In this document: in pieces, positions 25,193 to 32,163 of the stretch
Numbering within the stretch: position 1 is the stretch's first letter
Layout: each line of letters starts with the position of its first letter
Source of the DNA: a virus
Reading direction: 5' to 3' (one strand)
DNA length: 64,000 nt
Virus record (IMG/VR): IMGVR_UViG_3300049988_000024
Location: 1 to 64,000 of that record
Program-made: the position numbers and the translations under genes
Notes under the pieces: generated by a model
Databases searched by the model: none
Told to the model about the DNA's origin: nothing
Seen by the model: only the letters and a program-made list of their open reading frames with translations

Positions 25193-25396
25193 TCATGTAT
25201 CGGTCAACATGCGAGCGGCCTGATTCATCGCTTCTCTCTTAGTTTGAGCGAAATTGATAAACACGCTCGGATTCCATTTTCCCATCACGCGCCACCGAAA
25301 GCCGTCATAGAACTGCGCCTTTTCCACCGTAACCTTATGCTTGCCTTGCACGATCTCGTACTTGCCTGCGGCTATGCGATGTGACTTCAGGTTCAT
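25193..25396 (-). CDS. hypothetical protein (67 aa)
   Basis: ORF track 25193..25468. ATG at 25396 after AGGAGAG. Confidence 0.6.
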   Translation of the reverse strand: MNLKSHRIAAGKYEIVQGKHKVTVEKAQFYDGFRWRVMGKWNPSVFINFAQTKREAMNQAARMLTDT

Positions 25397-25463
25397 GACT
25401 GCGCTCTCCTGTTTTGGCCTAGCTCCTTGGGGCGTCGTGCCGGTTTCGATAAACACAGCCTGC

Positions 25464-25493
25464 GACATATCGCCTTAGCCGTCAAGCGGTCAA
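25464..25493 (-). promoter_or_regulatory. candidate promoter for the 25396 gene
   Basis: Minus strand TTGACC (25488-25493), 18 nt, TATGTC (25464-25469). Confidence 0.35.
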
Positions 25494-25521
25494 ATCACGT
25501 TTTTGTAAATTATTTTTGGGC

Positions 25522-25550
25522 TTGACAAACGTAATGAAATAGCTTATAAT
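25522..25550 (+). promoter_or_regulatory. perfect consensus sigma70 promoter with upstream A/T tract
   Basis: TTGACA (25522-25527), 17 nt, TATAAT (25545-25550). TTTTGTAAATTATTTTT at 25501-25517 resembles an UP element. Confidence 0.8.
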
Positions 25551-25556
25551 CATGAG

Positions 25557-26102
25557 CATAACTCGCCAAAGCCTCTCCCAACGCATTGTCGGTTCTACTT
25601 GCATTGCCCTGGTCGAGTCTTAAAGGCCAAAGCGCGAGTCTCCTGCCTCCGCATGAAGCGTATAGAGGCGGGCGCGACTAGACGGGCTGCTTCTCTCCCG
25701 GTTCGTCTAGTCCTCAGTTTGAATTGGGTGCGATGCTGGAAAACGCCTAGCCATTTGGTTTTAGTGAGGTGCTTCGGCTGCTGTTCCCAATAATGCCAAT
25801 CGTGCCAGAACCCCGTGGCAAGGGCACGACAACCGCTTGAGTCTTGCGTAATGCTGACGAGGTTGAAAGGGGTGTTACAACTGGCGAAAGCCATGCGCCG
25901 CGAATGGCGCACTTATTCGATGTCTACAGGGGTCATCGACCCTTAGGCAGAGACGTTCTGAGCGTCTAGCCTTAGCCGCTTTGTGAAGGCGGCTAGAAAT
26001 TGCTTAGTGGCCAATGCTTAGCTTCGGTTGTGGCAGACACTAGGCTTGAGGCGGGATCACATCGGCTGCAAGCTGCGATCTTGACAGGACGCCCGCCTTT
26101 TT
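25557..26102 (+). ncRNA. candidate large structured non-coding RNA (about 550 nt)
   Basis: No credible ORF on either strand. Many hairpins: 25676-25684/25704-25712 (9 bp), 25800-25806/25823-25829, GAAA tetraloop 25882-25893, 25894-25911, 25973-25979/25989-25995. The terminal stem 26050-26055/26092-26097 is followed by TTTTT. Confidence 0.45.
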
Positions 26103-26108
26103 GAATTT

Positions 26109-26184
26109 CTGGGTGTAGCTCAGTTGGTAGAGTCCCGCGTTTGGAGCGCGGTTGTCGTTGGTTCGAGTCCAGCCACCTAGACCA
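26109..26184 (+). tRNA. tRNA-Pro (anticodon TGG) with encoded CCA
   Basis: Hand-folded cloverleaf: acceptor CTGGGTG/CACCTAG, D arm GCTC..GAGT, anticodon arm CCGCG-TTTGGAG-CGCGG, T arm GTTGG-TTCGAGT-CCAGC, then A-CCA. Confidence 0.85.
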
Positions 26185-26290
26185 TTTTGAGTGGGAGTGA
26201 TGAGGAACGCTAACCCAGAAGCGTCTAAGTCTAGGGGTAGAAGCTATGTTTGGGTTGAATAGCACAATGCAACCGCCCCGCTCAATTCAA

Positions 26291-26401
26291 ATCAGGACGT
26301 ACACGGCCCGGTAACGGTGTCCGTCTTCGCGGGAGACTCCGATCAGACCCGCTTGCATATAGAGCCCGCTGACTTTCGGATAGAGCGGGTTCCGTCCTGA
26401 T
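26291..26401 (+). other. structured leader element upstream of terS
   Basis: 9-bp closing helix ATCAGGACG (26291-26299) / CGTCCTGAT (26393-26401). Two alternative left arms (ACCCGCT 26347-26353, GCCCGCT 26364-26370) compete for AGCGGGT (26384-26390). Confidence 0.4.
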
Positions 26402-26472
26402 ATCATCGTTCAACTATAATGAACAATCGAGTTAATTGTCAATTATTTTACGATATAAGCCAAGGAGGCCAA

Positions 26473-26895
26473 ATGTCTGAGGATAACCCGGTTGGGCGTC
26501 CTTCGCTCTTTAGGGAAGAATACGGCGATGTCATTATTGAATGGATGGACAAGGGTTTTAGTCTTACGGCGGCTGCATCACGTCTAGATGTTAGCCGCCA
26601 AACTGTTTACAATTGGGTAGACGAACACCCCGAATTCGCAGCCAAGGTGAAGATAGCTCAATCAAAGCGCCAGTTCTTCCTTGAGAATCGCCTACTGAAG
26701 GCGACTGAAGGCCCGGTCGTCACCTCTTCCATCTTCGCCCTCAAGAACGCCGCCCCCGCCGATTGGCTAGAGAAGACCCATACAGAGGTCACGGGCAAGG
26801 ACGGCGGGCCGATAGAGTCTAAGCAGTCGCTTGACATCACGGGCCTATCCGATGCGGTACTAGAAGAACTGCTTTCGAAGTTGGGGCAAAAGTAA
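26473..26895 (+). CDS. terS: terminase small subunit
   Basis: ORF track 26419..26895. ATG at 26473 after AGGAGG. GRPSLFREEYGDVIIEWMDKGFSLTAAASRLDVSRQTVYNWVDEHPEF is a typical TerS HTH N-terminus. Confidence 0.8.
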   Translation: MSEDNPVGRPSLFREEYGDVIIEWMDKGFSLTAAASRLDVSRQTVYNWVDEHPEFAAKVKIAQSKRQFFLENRLLKATEGPVVTSSIFALKNAAPADWLEKTHTEVTGKDGGPIESKQSLDITGLSDAVLEELLSKLGQK

Positions 26896-26913
26896 AGGGC
26901 CGTAAAGGCCCTT
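26895..26913. terminator. bidirectional hairpin between terS and the antisense cassette
   Basis: AAGGGCC-GTAAA-GGCCCTT. Confidence 0.55.
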
Positions 26914-27115
26914 AATTACTTCCTAGAAGTCTCAAGCTTTCTGGGATTTCAAGATCAAAAACAGGGTCAAGCTCTACCCCTCCTCCCTCAAAAGACCAAG
27001 CGTCCCACCCTCGTGTCTTAATTCCTAGCATAGCTAGTTTCGAAAATTGATAGAAATCTTCTCTTTCGAATGAAGATCGTGGATCAATTAGACATGTTGC
27101 TTTGTAGTATGCCAT
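26912..27115 (-). CDS. hypothetical protein (cassette A, gene A1)
   Basis: ORF track. AT-rich; GGAGAG RBS; own promoter. Confidence 0.6.
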   Translation of the reverse strand: MAYYKATCLIDPRSSFEREDFYQFSKLAMLGIKTRGWDAWSFEGGGVELDPVFDLEIPESLRLLGSN

Positions 27116-27141
27116 CTCATCTCTCCGTTCTCAACACCCAC

Positions 27142-27170
27142 AACATAGCCCGTGGTTTGGGGCTTGTCAA
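27142..27170 (-). promoter_or_regulatory. promoter of A1
   Basis: Minus strand TTGACA (27165-27170), 17 nt, TATGTT (27142-27147). The A2 TGA stop (27167-27169) lies inside the -35. Confidence 0.55.
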
Positions 27171-27370
27171 CTAGAAATATTGTCTTCTTTGGTTGGGCTT
27201 ACAGTTCCAACGATACGTTTCTGTGTATAGTATTCATTTGGAACACAATCGTACTTACCGCGCTTGAATTCAATGATCTTGTAAGGCTCTTTCATTGTAT
27301 CGGCCCAAGCTTGCGCTTTTGCGAATGCCCACGCTTCCGAGCATGGTTTGAGAGAAAGAAAATAGCTCAT
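27167..27370 (-). CDS. hypothetical protein (A2)
   Basis: ORF track. Confidence 0.6.
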   Translation of the reverse strand: MSYFLSLKPCSEAWAFAKAQAWADTMKEPYKIIEFKRGKYDCVPNEYYTQKRIVGTVSPTKEDNISS

Positions 27371-27523
27371 TTAAGCCACCTTCTTAAGAAGAAAAATTTC
27401 AATCGAAGCATCAGCCGTGTAAATTTCGGCAAGCTGCGCAATGATATCCTGACGATCAATTGCGTATGTTTCCATAAACTTGGAAACGCCGTCGATGTAT
27501 GCCATGAAAGCGAACTTGGACAT
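27371..27523 (-). CDS. hypothetical small protein (A3, 50 aa)
   Basis: ORF track 27371..27697. Internal ATG at 27523 after CGGAG (MSKFAFMAYIDG...). Confidence 0.5.
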   Translation of the reverse strand: MSKFAFMAYIDGVSKFMETYAIDRQDIIAQLAEIYTADASIEIFLLKKVA

Positions 27524-27547
27524 CTGCTTGCTCCGTTTCGATGATTG

Positions 27548-27576
27548 ATATTCGCACACGGCCGAAACCCTGTCAA
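27548..27576 (-). promoter_or_regulatory. promoter of A3-A2
   Basis: Minus strand TTGACA (27571-27576), 17 nt, GAATAT (27548-27553). The A4 TGA stop (27573-27575) lies inside the -35. Confidence 0.5.
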
Positions 27577-27842
27577 CAAGAATCCGCAATCTCTCGCGAT
27601 TTAATTTCGGCATATTCTTCAACGGCCAGAACGTACAATCCCCAATCCGTCCGCTTTCGCCCTGGCCAAACCGATGCCTTCTCAAATCCCATACCACGCT
27701 CTAGAGCATATTCCTGAGCCTTCTCGATGAAGGCAAAGAAGTCCCAAGTCGGTGGCAAAGGATCGCCTTCCACCAGCCCTTTTGACCGGAGGAAGGCGCG
27801 ATAAAAATCGGTGTAAACCGAAAGCTCTTCGACTCTCTTCAT
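27573..27842 (-). CDS. hypothetical protein (A4)
   Basis: ORF track 27573..27854. ATGA overlap at 27842. Confidence 0.6.
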   Translation of the reverse strand: MKRVEELSVYTDFYRAFLRSKGLVEGDPLPPTWDFFAFIEKAQEYALERGMGFEKASVWPGRKRTDWGLYVLAVEEYAEIKSREIADSC

Positions 27843-28033
27843 GCAACCATCCACATCGAACCGTTCTTGGTGATCAGGCCCTTCTCAGAAGCCATACGGA
27901 AAGCAGCCGAGTAAGCAGCGCGGGTGTGCGAGACGTTGAAGTAGGAAGCGACGAACCAAGACTGACCGGCGTTGATGGCGTCCACGATCTCGTTAAAGCA
28001 GACTTCGACAGAGGGGTTGAGGTTGCGGGCCAT
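27839..28033 (-). CDS. hypothetical protein (A5)
   Basis: ORF track; AGGAA RBS. Confidence 0.6.
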   Translation of the reverse strand: MARNLNPSVEVCFNEIVDAINAGQSWFVASYFNVSHTRAAYSAAFRMASEKGLITKNGSMWMVA

Positions 28034-28070
28034 TTGCTTCGTTCCTGTGTTTGTCCGTTTCGATGATCAA

Positions 28071-28099
28071 GTTATAGCCCTACCCCAAATCCCTGTCAA
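28071..28099 (-). promoter_or_regulatory. promoter of A5-A4
   Basis: Minus strand TTGACA (28094-28099), 17 nt, TATAAC (28071-28076). Confidence 0.6.
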
Positions 28100-28145
28100 C
28101 CACTTTCTCGCATCCAACGCAAAATAATCAGAAGGACCAGACCCC

Positions 28146-28220
28146 ATGTCCATCGAACGAATCCTAGGCATCTGCATTCTCGTAATCTTGGTCGTATGGC
28201 TGGCGACAAGGGTTCTGTAG
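28146..28220 (+). CDS. possible 24-aa hydrophobic peptide on the opposite strand
   Basis: Hand-found: MSIERILGICILVILVVWLATRVL, between the A5 promoter and the A6 terminator. No clear RBS. Confidence 0.25.
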   Translation: MSIERILGICILVILVVWLATRVL

Positions 28221-28229
28221 GCAAAGGAA

Positions 28230-28248
28230 AAGGGGCTTAGCGCCCCTT
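28230..28248 (-). terminator. rho-independent terminator of the A9-A6 unit
   Basis: Minus strand AAGGGGC-GCTAA-GCCCCTT followed by TTTCCTTTG. Confidence 0.6.
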
Positions 28249-28629
28249 AACCATTTTATACGTAACGCCTTGGCTTTCAAATAGGCGGGTTGCCCAATCG
28301 CCGTCTAGCGGGTTGAAGCCTGTCATCGAGCCTTCTGCGATGAGGCCGCGTACAAGCTTTAGGCCGCTAACAAGGGCGTCCCGCTCAGCGGTCAGGGATT
28401 CGATTTCAAGCGCATCTCGCTCTGAATCAGAACAGAGCTTTTCCCAACCCTGCATGGTCGCATCCATGTTGGCGAACTCTTCGTTAAGCCGACGCTTCAA
28501 CTCGTCGCGTTCAGCCGTCAGGGATTCGATTTCCTCAGCCGCTTCCTTAATGACGCCCCGCAAATTGCCAGGATGAGCGTTTTCGTACAGCGTCCATTCG
28601 CGAAGTTTATCGGCGAAAGTCTTTTCCAT
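28237..28629 (-). CDS. coiled-coil protein with internal EIESLTAERD(E/A)L repeat (A6)
   Basis: ORF track 28237..28668. ATG at 28629 after GGGAGAAAAG. Confidence 0.6.
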   Translation of the reverse strand: MEKTFADKLREWTLYENAHPGNLRGVIKEAAEEIESLTAERDELKRRLNEEFANMDATMQGWEKLCSDSERDALEIESLTAERDALVSGLKLVRGLIAEGSMTGFNPLDGDWATRLFESQGVTYKMVKGR

Positions 28630-28802
28630 CACTTTTCTCCCGTCTTCGGCACCGCCACCATCTCGCAAGCATACACGTTATGCTGACGGGCGCAATCGCG
28701 GAGCTTGCGTTCATACTTGTTAGGTGATCCAAAAATCAAGATCGCAAGCCCAAACCCAATTATCAGGGAGCCGACCCCGACAAGTGCTAGAGACTTCATC
28801 AT
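28629..28802 (-). CDS. small membrane protein (A7, 57 aa)
   Basis: Hand-found. GGAGGAAGGACG then ATGATG at 28802 (MMKSLALVGVGSLIIGFGLAILIFG...). Confidence 0.5.
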   Translation of the reverse strand: MMKSLALVGVGSLIIGFGLAILIFGSPNKYERKLRDCARQHNVYACEMVAVPKTGEK

Positions 28803-28927
28803 CGTCCTTCCTCCACAACATACCCACGCGCCACCAAGAACGCACGGGCTTCGTCTAGCATGTGGGTGGGCAAGCTGTAAACGCCTTGGAACTTGCGGCC
28901 GGGTTGGGTGAAGCGGATGGTGATCAT
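28799..28927 (-). CDS. hypothetical small protein (A8)
   Basis: ORF track 28799..28987. The longer form overlaps A9, so the ATG at 28927 is preferred (MITIRFTQPGRKF...). Start uncertain. Confidence 0.4.
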   Translation of the reverse strand: MITIRFTQPGRKFQGVYSLPTHMLDEARAFLVARGYVVEEGR

Positions 28928-28946
28928 TTGTAAAATACCTTGTTGA

Positions 28947-29156
28947 TTAGATTTCGAGTTCGCGCAGGAAAACGCGATCGTTTGCAATTTTTCGAATTTC
29001 AGCAGCTAGCTCAAAGTCGCGCTCAGCCAACATCTCGGAAACAGTGTTTGCATTATCACCAAAAGGTGCAACATGCTTGGAGTTGGATGCGGTGTTTGCG
29101 CCCTCAATTATAAGAGCGGCACGATTCAAGATTTGGTTCATTTGTAAGCGGTTCAT
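28947..29156 (-). CDS. hypothetical protein (A9)
   Basis: ORF track; AGGAGA RBS. Confidence 0.6.
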   Translation of the reverse strand: MNRLQMNQILNRAALIIEGANTASNSKHVAPFGDNANTVSEMLAERDFELAAEIRKIANDRVFLRELEI

Positions 29157-29182
29157 CGTCTTTCTCCTACGGTTCCCCGTTA

Positions 29183-29211
29183 CGTGTAGCTGAGGATGGG
29201 TTGGGTGTCAA
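29183..29211 (-). promoter_or_regulatory. promoter of A9-A6
   Basis: Minus strand TTGACA (29206-29211), 17 nt, TACACG (29183-29188). The A10 TGA stop (29208-29210) lies inside the -35. Confidence 0.45.
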
Positions 29212-29450
29212 GTACCGTAAAAATCAGAATTTTCGCGAATTGAATATGTTGCTGGATTTCCGTTGCCATCTATAAAAGAAATCTCAATCTTTTCGGATGT
29301 CACGCGCTTGACGGTCAAGTCCTTAATGCGGGTATTGATGCACTTTGAAACAACAAAACCGCTCGCTGTCTCCAGATCATTTGCGGTTATAGCCCAAGCT
29401 GTTGTGAAAGGCAACTTAGATGGCACAGCTTCAATGATAAAGGTCTTCAT
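29208..29450 (-). CDS. hypothetical protein (A10)
   Basis: ORF track 29208..29477. ATG at 29450 after AGGAG. Confidence 0.6.
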   Translation of the reverse strand: MKTFIIEAVPSKLPFTTAWAITANDLETASGFVVSKCINTRIKDLTVKRVTSEKIEISFIDGNGNPATYSIRENSDFYGT

Positions 29451-29476
29451 CTCTCTTCTCCTTTGTCCACAATCCA

Positions 29477-29505
29477 TGTGTAGCGGGTTTGGGGTGGGTG
29501 GTCAA
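29477..29505 (-). promoter_or_regulatory. promoter of A10
   Basis: Minus strand TTGACC (29500-29505), 17 nt, TACACA (29477-29482). The A11 TGA stop (29502-29504) lies inside the -35. Confidence 0.45.
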
Positions 29506-29771
29506 TCGCTTTTCTTCGGCAATCTAGCTTCTGGCCAGCCGAGTTTAGCGCACCAAACGGTTCGCGCTTCTAGATAGCGCCAAGGAAATTCATCACCGCA
29601 ATTTCTAACATAGTCGTCTTCCCAACGCAGCGCAGTTATCTCCCAAGCCTTTGCGCGATATTCTCCTTTGCCTAGCAGCATATCGCAAGCTCTTTCGTGG
29701 GCCTCCGCTCGGAAGCGGAGGAGGGTTTCGTATTTGTGTCGGGCGTAGATTTCATCCATTCCTTCGATCAT
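29502..29771 (-). CDS. hypothetical protein (A11)
   Basis: ORF track. Confidence 0.6.
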   Translation of the reverse strand: MIEGMDEIYARHKYETLLRFRAEAHERACDMLLGKGEYRAKAWEITALRWEDDYVRNCGDEFPWRYLEARTVWCAKLGWPEARLPKKSD

Positions 29772-29914
29772 GCCACGATCTCGCGAGTCTCGATTTCGAT
29801 AAGCTGGCAGGAGTAGAAACCGCCAAATTCGCGCATCCGAAAACCATGAGCGCGGGGAACGATGCGGATTTCAACGGCGCTGTTGTGGTTGTCCTGAGTG
29901 TGCATTTCGATCAT
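29768..29914 (-). CDS. hypothetical small protein (A12, 48 aa)
   Basis: Hand-found. ACGGAGCAAACAA then ATG at 29914. ATGA overlap with A11. Confidence 0.45.
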   Translation of the reverse strand: MIEMHTQDNHNSAVEIRIVPRAHGFRMREFGGFYSCQLIEIETREIVA

Positions 29915-29950
29915 TTGTTTGCTCCGTTGTGTTCGCCTTTTGTGATTACG

Positions 29951-29979
29951 AATATGCCTGACCCGATAACGAGTGTCAA
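29951..29979 (-). promoter_or_regulatory. promoter of A12-A11, back-to-back with the terL start
   Basis: Minus strand TTGACA (29974-29979), 17 nt, CATATT (29951-29956). Confidence 0.5.
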
Positions 29980-29987
29980 CACATAAA

Positions 29988-31457
29988 ATGCCTAAACCCG
30001 CATCTATTCCGCTTAGTCGCCTACCGAGCGTCGATCAGATCGAAACCGAGCTTAGCCGTCGCCATTGTCAGCGCTCGTTCCGCGAGTTCGCTAAGCAGGC
30101 TTGGCATGTCATCGAACCGTCCACCTCGCTCAAATGGAATTGGGCGATGGACGCTATCTGCGATCACCTCCAAGCCGTCCACGAAGGTCACATCAAGCGC
30201 CTCCTGATGAACGTGCCTCCTGGTACGTCTAAATCGACGCTGACGGGCGTTCTCTATCCGGCTTGGGTGTGGACGCAAGACCCTTCGAAACGCTTCCTAG
30301 GGACGGCCCATAAGGCTGAGCTTGCGCACCGAGACAATCTGAAGTGCCGTCGTATCATTCAGTCCGAATGGTATCAGAAGCGTTGGAAGATCGAACTGAC
30401 GGGCGATGCTAACCGCACAACCAAATTCGAGAACACAAAGACCGGCTTTCGCGAATCGATGGCCTTTACTGGCATGACGGGTTCCCGTGGCGACTGCGTG
30501 ATTCTTGACGATCCGATTAGCGCGGGCAATTCAAATAGCGAAGCCGAGCTTTACAAGGCCGAAATCGAGTTCACGGAAACGCTGCCAACGCGCGTCAACA
30601 ATGACGAATCGGCCATTATCGTCGTGATGCAGCGGCTTAACGAACGTGATACGTCTGGTCTCATCCTGAGCCGCGATCTTGGATACGAACACTTGATGTT
30701 GCCTATGCGCTTTGAGCCTGAGCGCAAGTGTTATACTTCGATTGGCTTTGGAGACCCGCGCACCGAAGAAGGCGAATTGCTCTTTCCTGAGCGCTTCCCT
30801 GAATCACAGGTCGCAAGCCTAGAGAAGACGATGGGATCGTTCGGCGCGGCTGGCCAGTTGCAGCAACGGCCTATTCCGCGTGGTGGTGGACTCTTTCAGC
30901 GATCTTGGTTCAATCCGATCCGAGAAGTGCCGCAGGGCACACGCTTCTTCCGAGGATGGGACTTAGCCGCTTCCACTAGTGCTACTTCGGCCTATACCGC
31001 AGGCGTCAAGCTTGGCCTTACGCCAGAAGGCCGGATCGTTATTGCCCATGCTATCCGTGACCGCATGACGGCTGGCAAGGTCATTGCAACTATTCGCGCA
31101 ACGGCTATGGCCGATACTGAGAAAACAAAGCTATCGATCCCGCAAGACCCTGGCCAAGCGGGCAAGGCTCAAAAGGAAGGATTCGCGCAACAGCTTCGTG
31201 AGTTCAATGTGCATTTCTCGCCTGAGTCTGGCGACAAGGTGACGCGCGCCGAACCTTTCGCGGCACAAGCCGAAGCCGGTCTTGTGGATATCGTCGTTGG
31301 CGAGTGGACAGACGCCTATCTAGACGAGATTTCAACGTTCCCGAATGGATCGTATCTCGATCAGGTAGACGCGACTTCGCGCGCCTACCATTTGTTGTTG
31401 CGGGAAACAGCAAAACCAAAAGCGACTATCGGCTGGGGTCCGAAGTTGGTTAGTTAA
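29988..31457 (+). CDS. terL: terminase large subunit
   Basis: ORF track 29973..31457 (ATG at 29988 preferred over GTG at 29973). Walker A-like NVPPGTSKST; VILDDP Walker B; C-terminal nuclease-like half. Length and N-terminus are typical of TerL. Confidence 0.85.
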   Translation: MPKPASIPLSRLPSVDQIETELSRRHCQRSFREFAKQAWHVIEPSTSLKWNWAMDAICDHLQAVHEGHIKRLLMNVPPGTSKSTLTGVLYPAWVWTQDPSKRFLGTAHKAELAHRDNLKCRRIIQSEWYQKRWKIELTGDANRTTKFENTKTGFRESMAFTGMTGSRGDCVILDDPISAGNSNSEAELYKAEIEFTETLPTRVNNDESAIIVVMQRLNERDTSGLILSRDLGYEHLMLPMRFEPERKCYTSIGFGDPRTEEGELLFPERFPESQVASLEKTMGSFGAAGQLQQRPIPRGGGLFQRSWFNPIREVPQGTRFFRGWDLAASTSATSAYTAGVKLGLTPEGRIVIAHAIRDRMTAGKVIATIRATAMADTEKTKLSIPQDPGQAGKAQKEGFAQQLREFNVHFSPESGDKVTRAEPFAAQAEAGLVDIVVGEWTDAYLDEISTFPNGSYLDQVDATSRAYHLLLRETAKPKATIGWGPKLVS

Positions 31458-31648
31458 CGCCCACCCTCCACGGCCTGCCGCGCCTGCTCTTCTAGCATTG
31501 CCGTCTGCCACCCGTCAAGCCACCATCGGCCCTCGTTGGATGGATGCTCGTAAGGACATTCTGTCCAATCCTTGCCATCGCGAAAGGCGTCTTCGCCCGC
31601 GTTCTCTAGGGCAAGGCGGGTAAGGTTTGGTTTAGTGTTCATGATCAA
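31454..31648 (-). CDS. Rmf / CrpP-family small protein (B1)
   Basis: DGKDWTECPYEHPSNEGRWWLDGWQTAM parallels E. coli Rmf ...SKEMCPYQTLNQRSQWLGGWREAM. Confidence 0.6.
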   Translation of the reverse strand: MIMNTKPNLTRLALENAGEDAFRDGKDWTECPYEHPSNEGRWWLDGWQTAMLEEQARQAVEGGR

Positions 31649-31886
31649 TCTCCGGCTGAATCATTCTTGGGTAGGCACTTCGCACGTCACAGTTAGGTCG
31701 CGGAATTACAATCAAAACGTAGTCTGAGCCCCGCGACGAAATCCCCGGCATCGAGCCATTTTCGCGAATGATTTCGTCGCGGTTAATTTCATGCCAACCA
31801 TCATGCGTTGGACGCGGAAACCGGCCTTCGCCTTCGTATTTCCATTTACCACCGGGCTTGAAATAATAGAAATCGCAGTCGTTCAT
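31632..31886 (-). CDS. hypothetical protein (B2)
   Basis: ORF track. Confidence 0.6.
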   Translation of the reverse strand: MNDCDFYYFKPGGKWKYEGEGRFPRPTHDGWHEINRDEIIRENGSMPGISSRGSDYVLIVIPRPNCDVRSAYPRMIQPEIDHEH

Positions 31887-31887
31887 C

Positions 31888-32163
31888 CTATTCTCCTTCC
31901 CCTACCGGCCTCGTATAGCGCTCTAGGCACTTGCGAGCAAGCGGCTGTACATATGGCACACCATTCTCAGCAACAAGATACCCGATACCCCGGCGCGGCC
32001 AAGCGAGCTTCGCGTATCCGACAATCTCGATCTTAGCTCCTTCCGCGAGAATGTCAAGCTGGTTCTTATCGCGGCAAAAGTCTTCGAAGATCGGTATCTC
32101 CACCACAAAACGGTCGCCTCGCTTGAACCGCAGTTCGGCATCGTACTCAGCGTCGGTTTTCAT
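31888..32163 (-). CDS. hypothetical protein (B3)
   Basis: ORF track 31888..32238. ATGA overlap at 32163. Confidence 0.55.
   Translation of the reverse strand: MKTDAEYDAELRFKRGDRFVVEIPIFEDFCRDKNQLDILAEGAKIEIVGYAKLAWPRRGIGYLVAENGVPYVQPLARKCLERYTRPVGEGE

Noticed and set aside
25557-26102. Whether the non-coding region is RNase P RNA, tmRNA, a group II intron domain or a cobalamin riboswitch.
   Set aside because: I could not find the hallmark strings: GAGGAAAGTCC for RNase P, a second GGTTCGA T-arm with an alanine-type acceptor for tmRNA, a domain V-like hairpin, or a B12 box. Only a covariance-model scan can settle this.
26109-26184. The tRNA as an attP site or integration module.
   Set aside because: The tRNA is full length with its own CCA, and no integrase or recombinase is recognisable anywhere in the window.
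25595-26265. Minus-strand ORFs 25595-25912 (105 aa) and 25993-26265 (90 aa), and plus-strand ORF 25599-25793, in the promoter-to-tRNA region.
   Set aside because: Composition is implausible (Arg/Cys/Trp-rich) and there is no RBS. One runs straight through the tRNA-Pro gene. The region is better explained as structured RNA.
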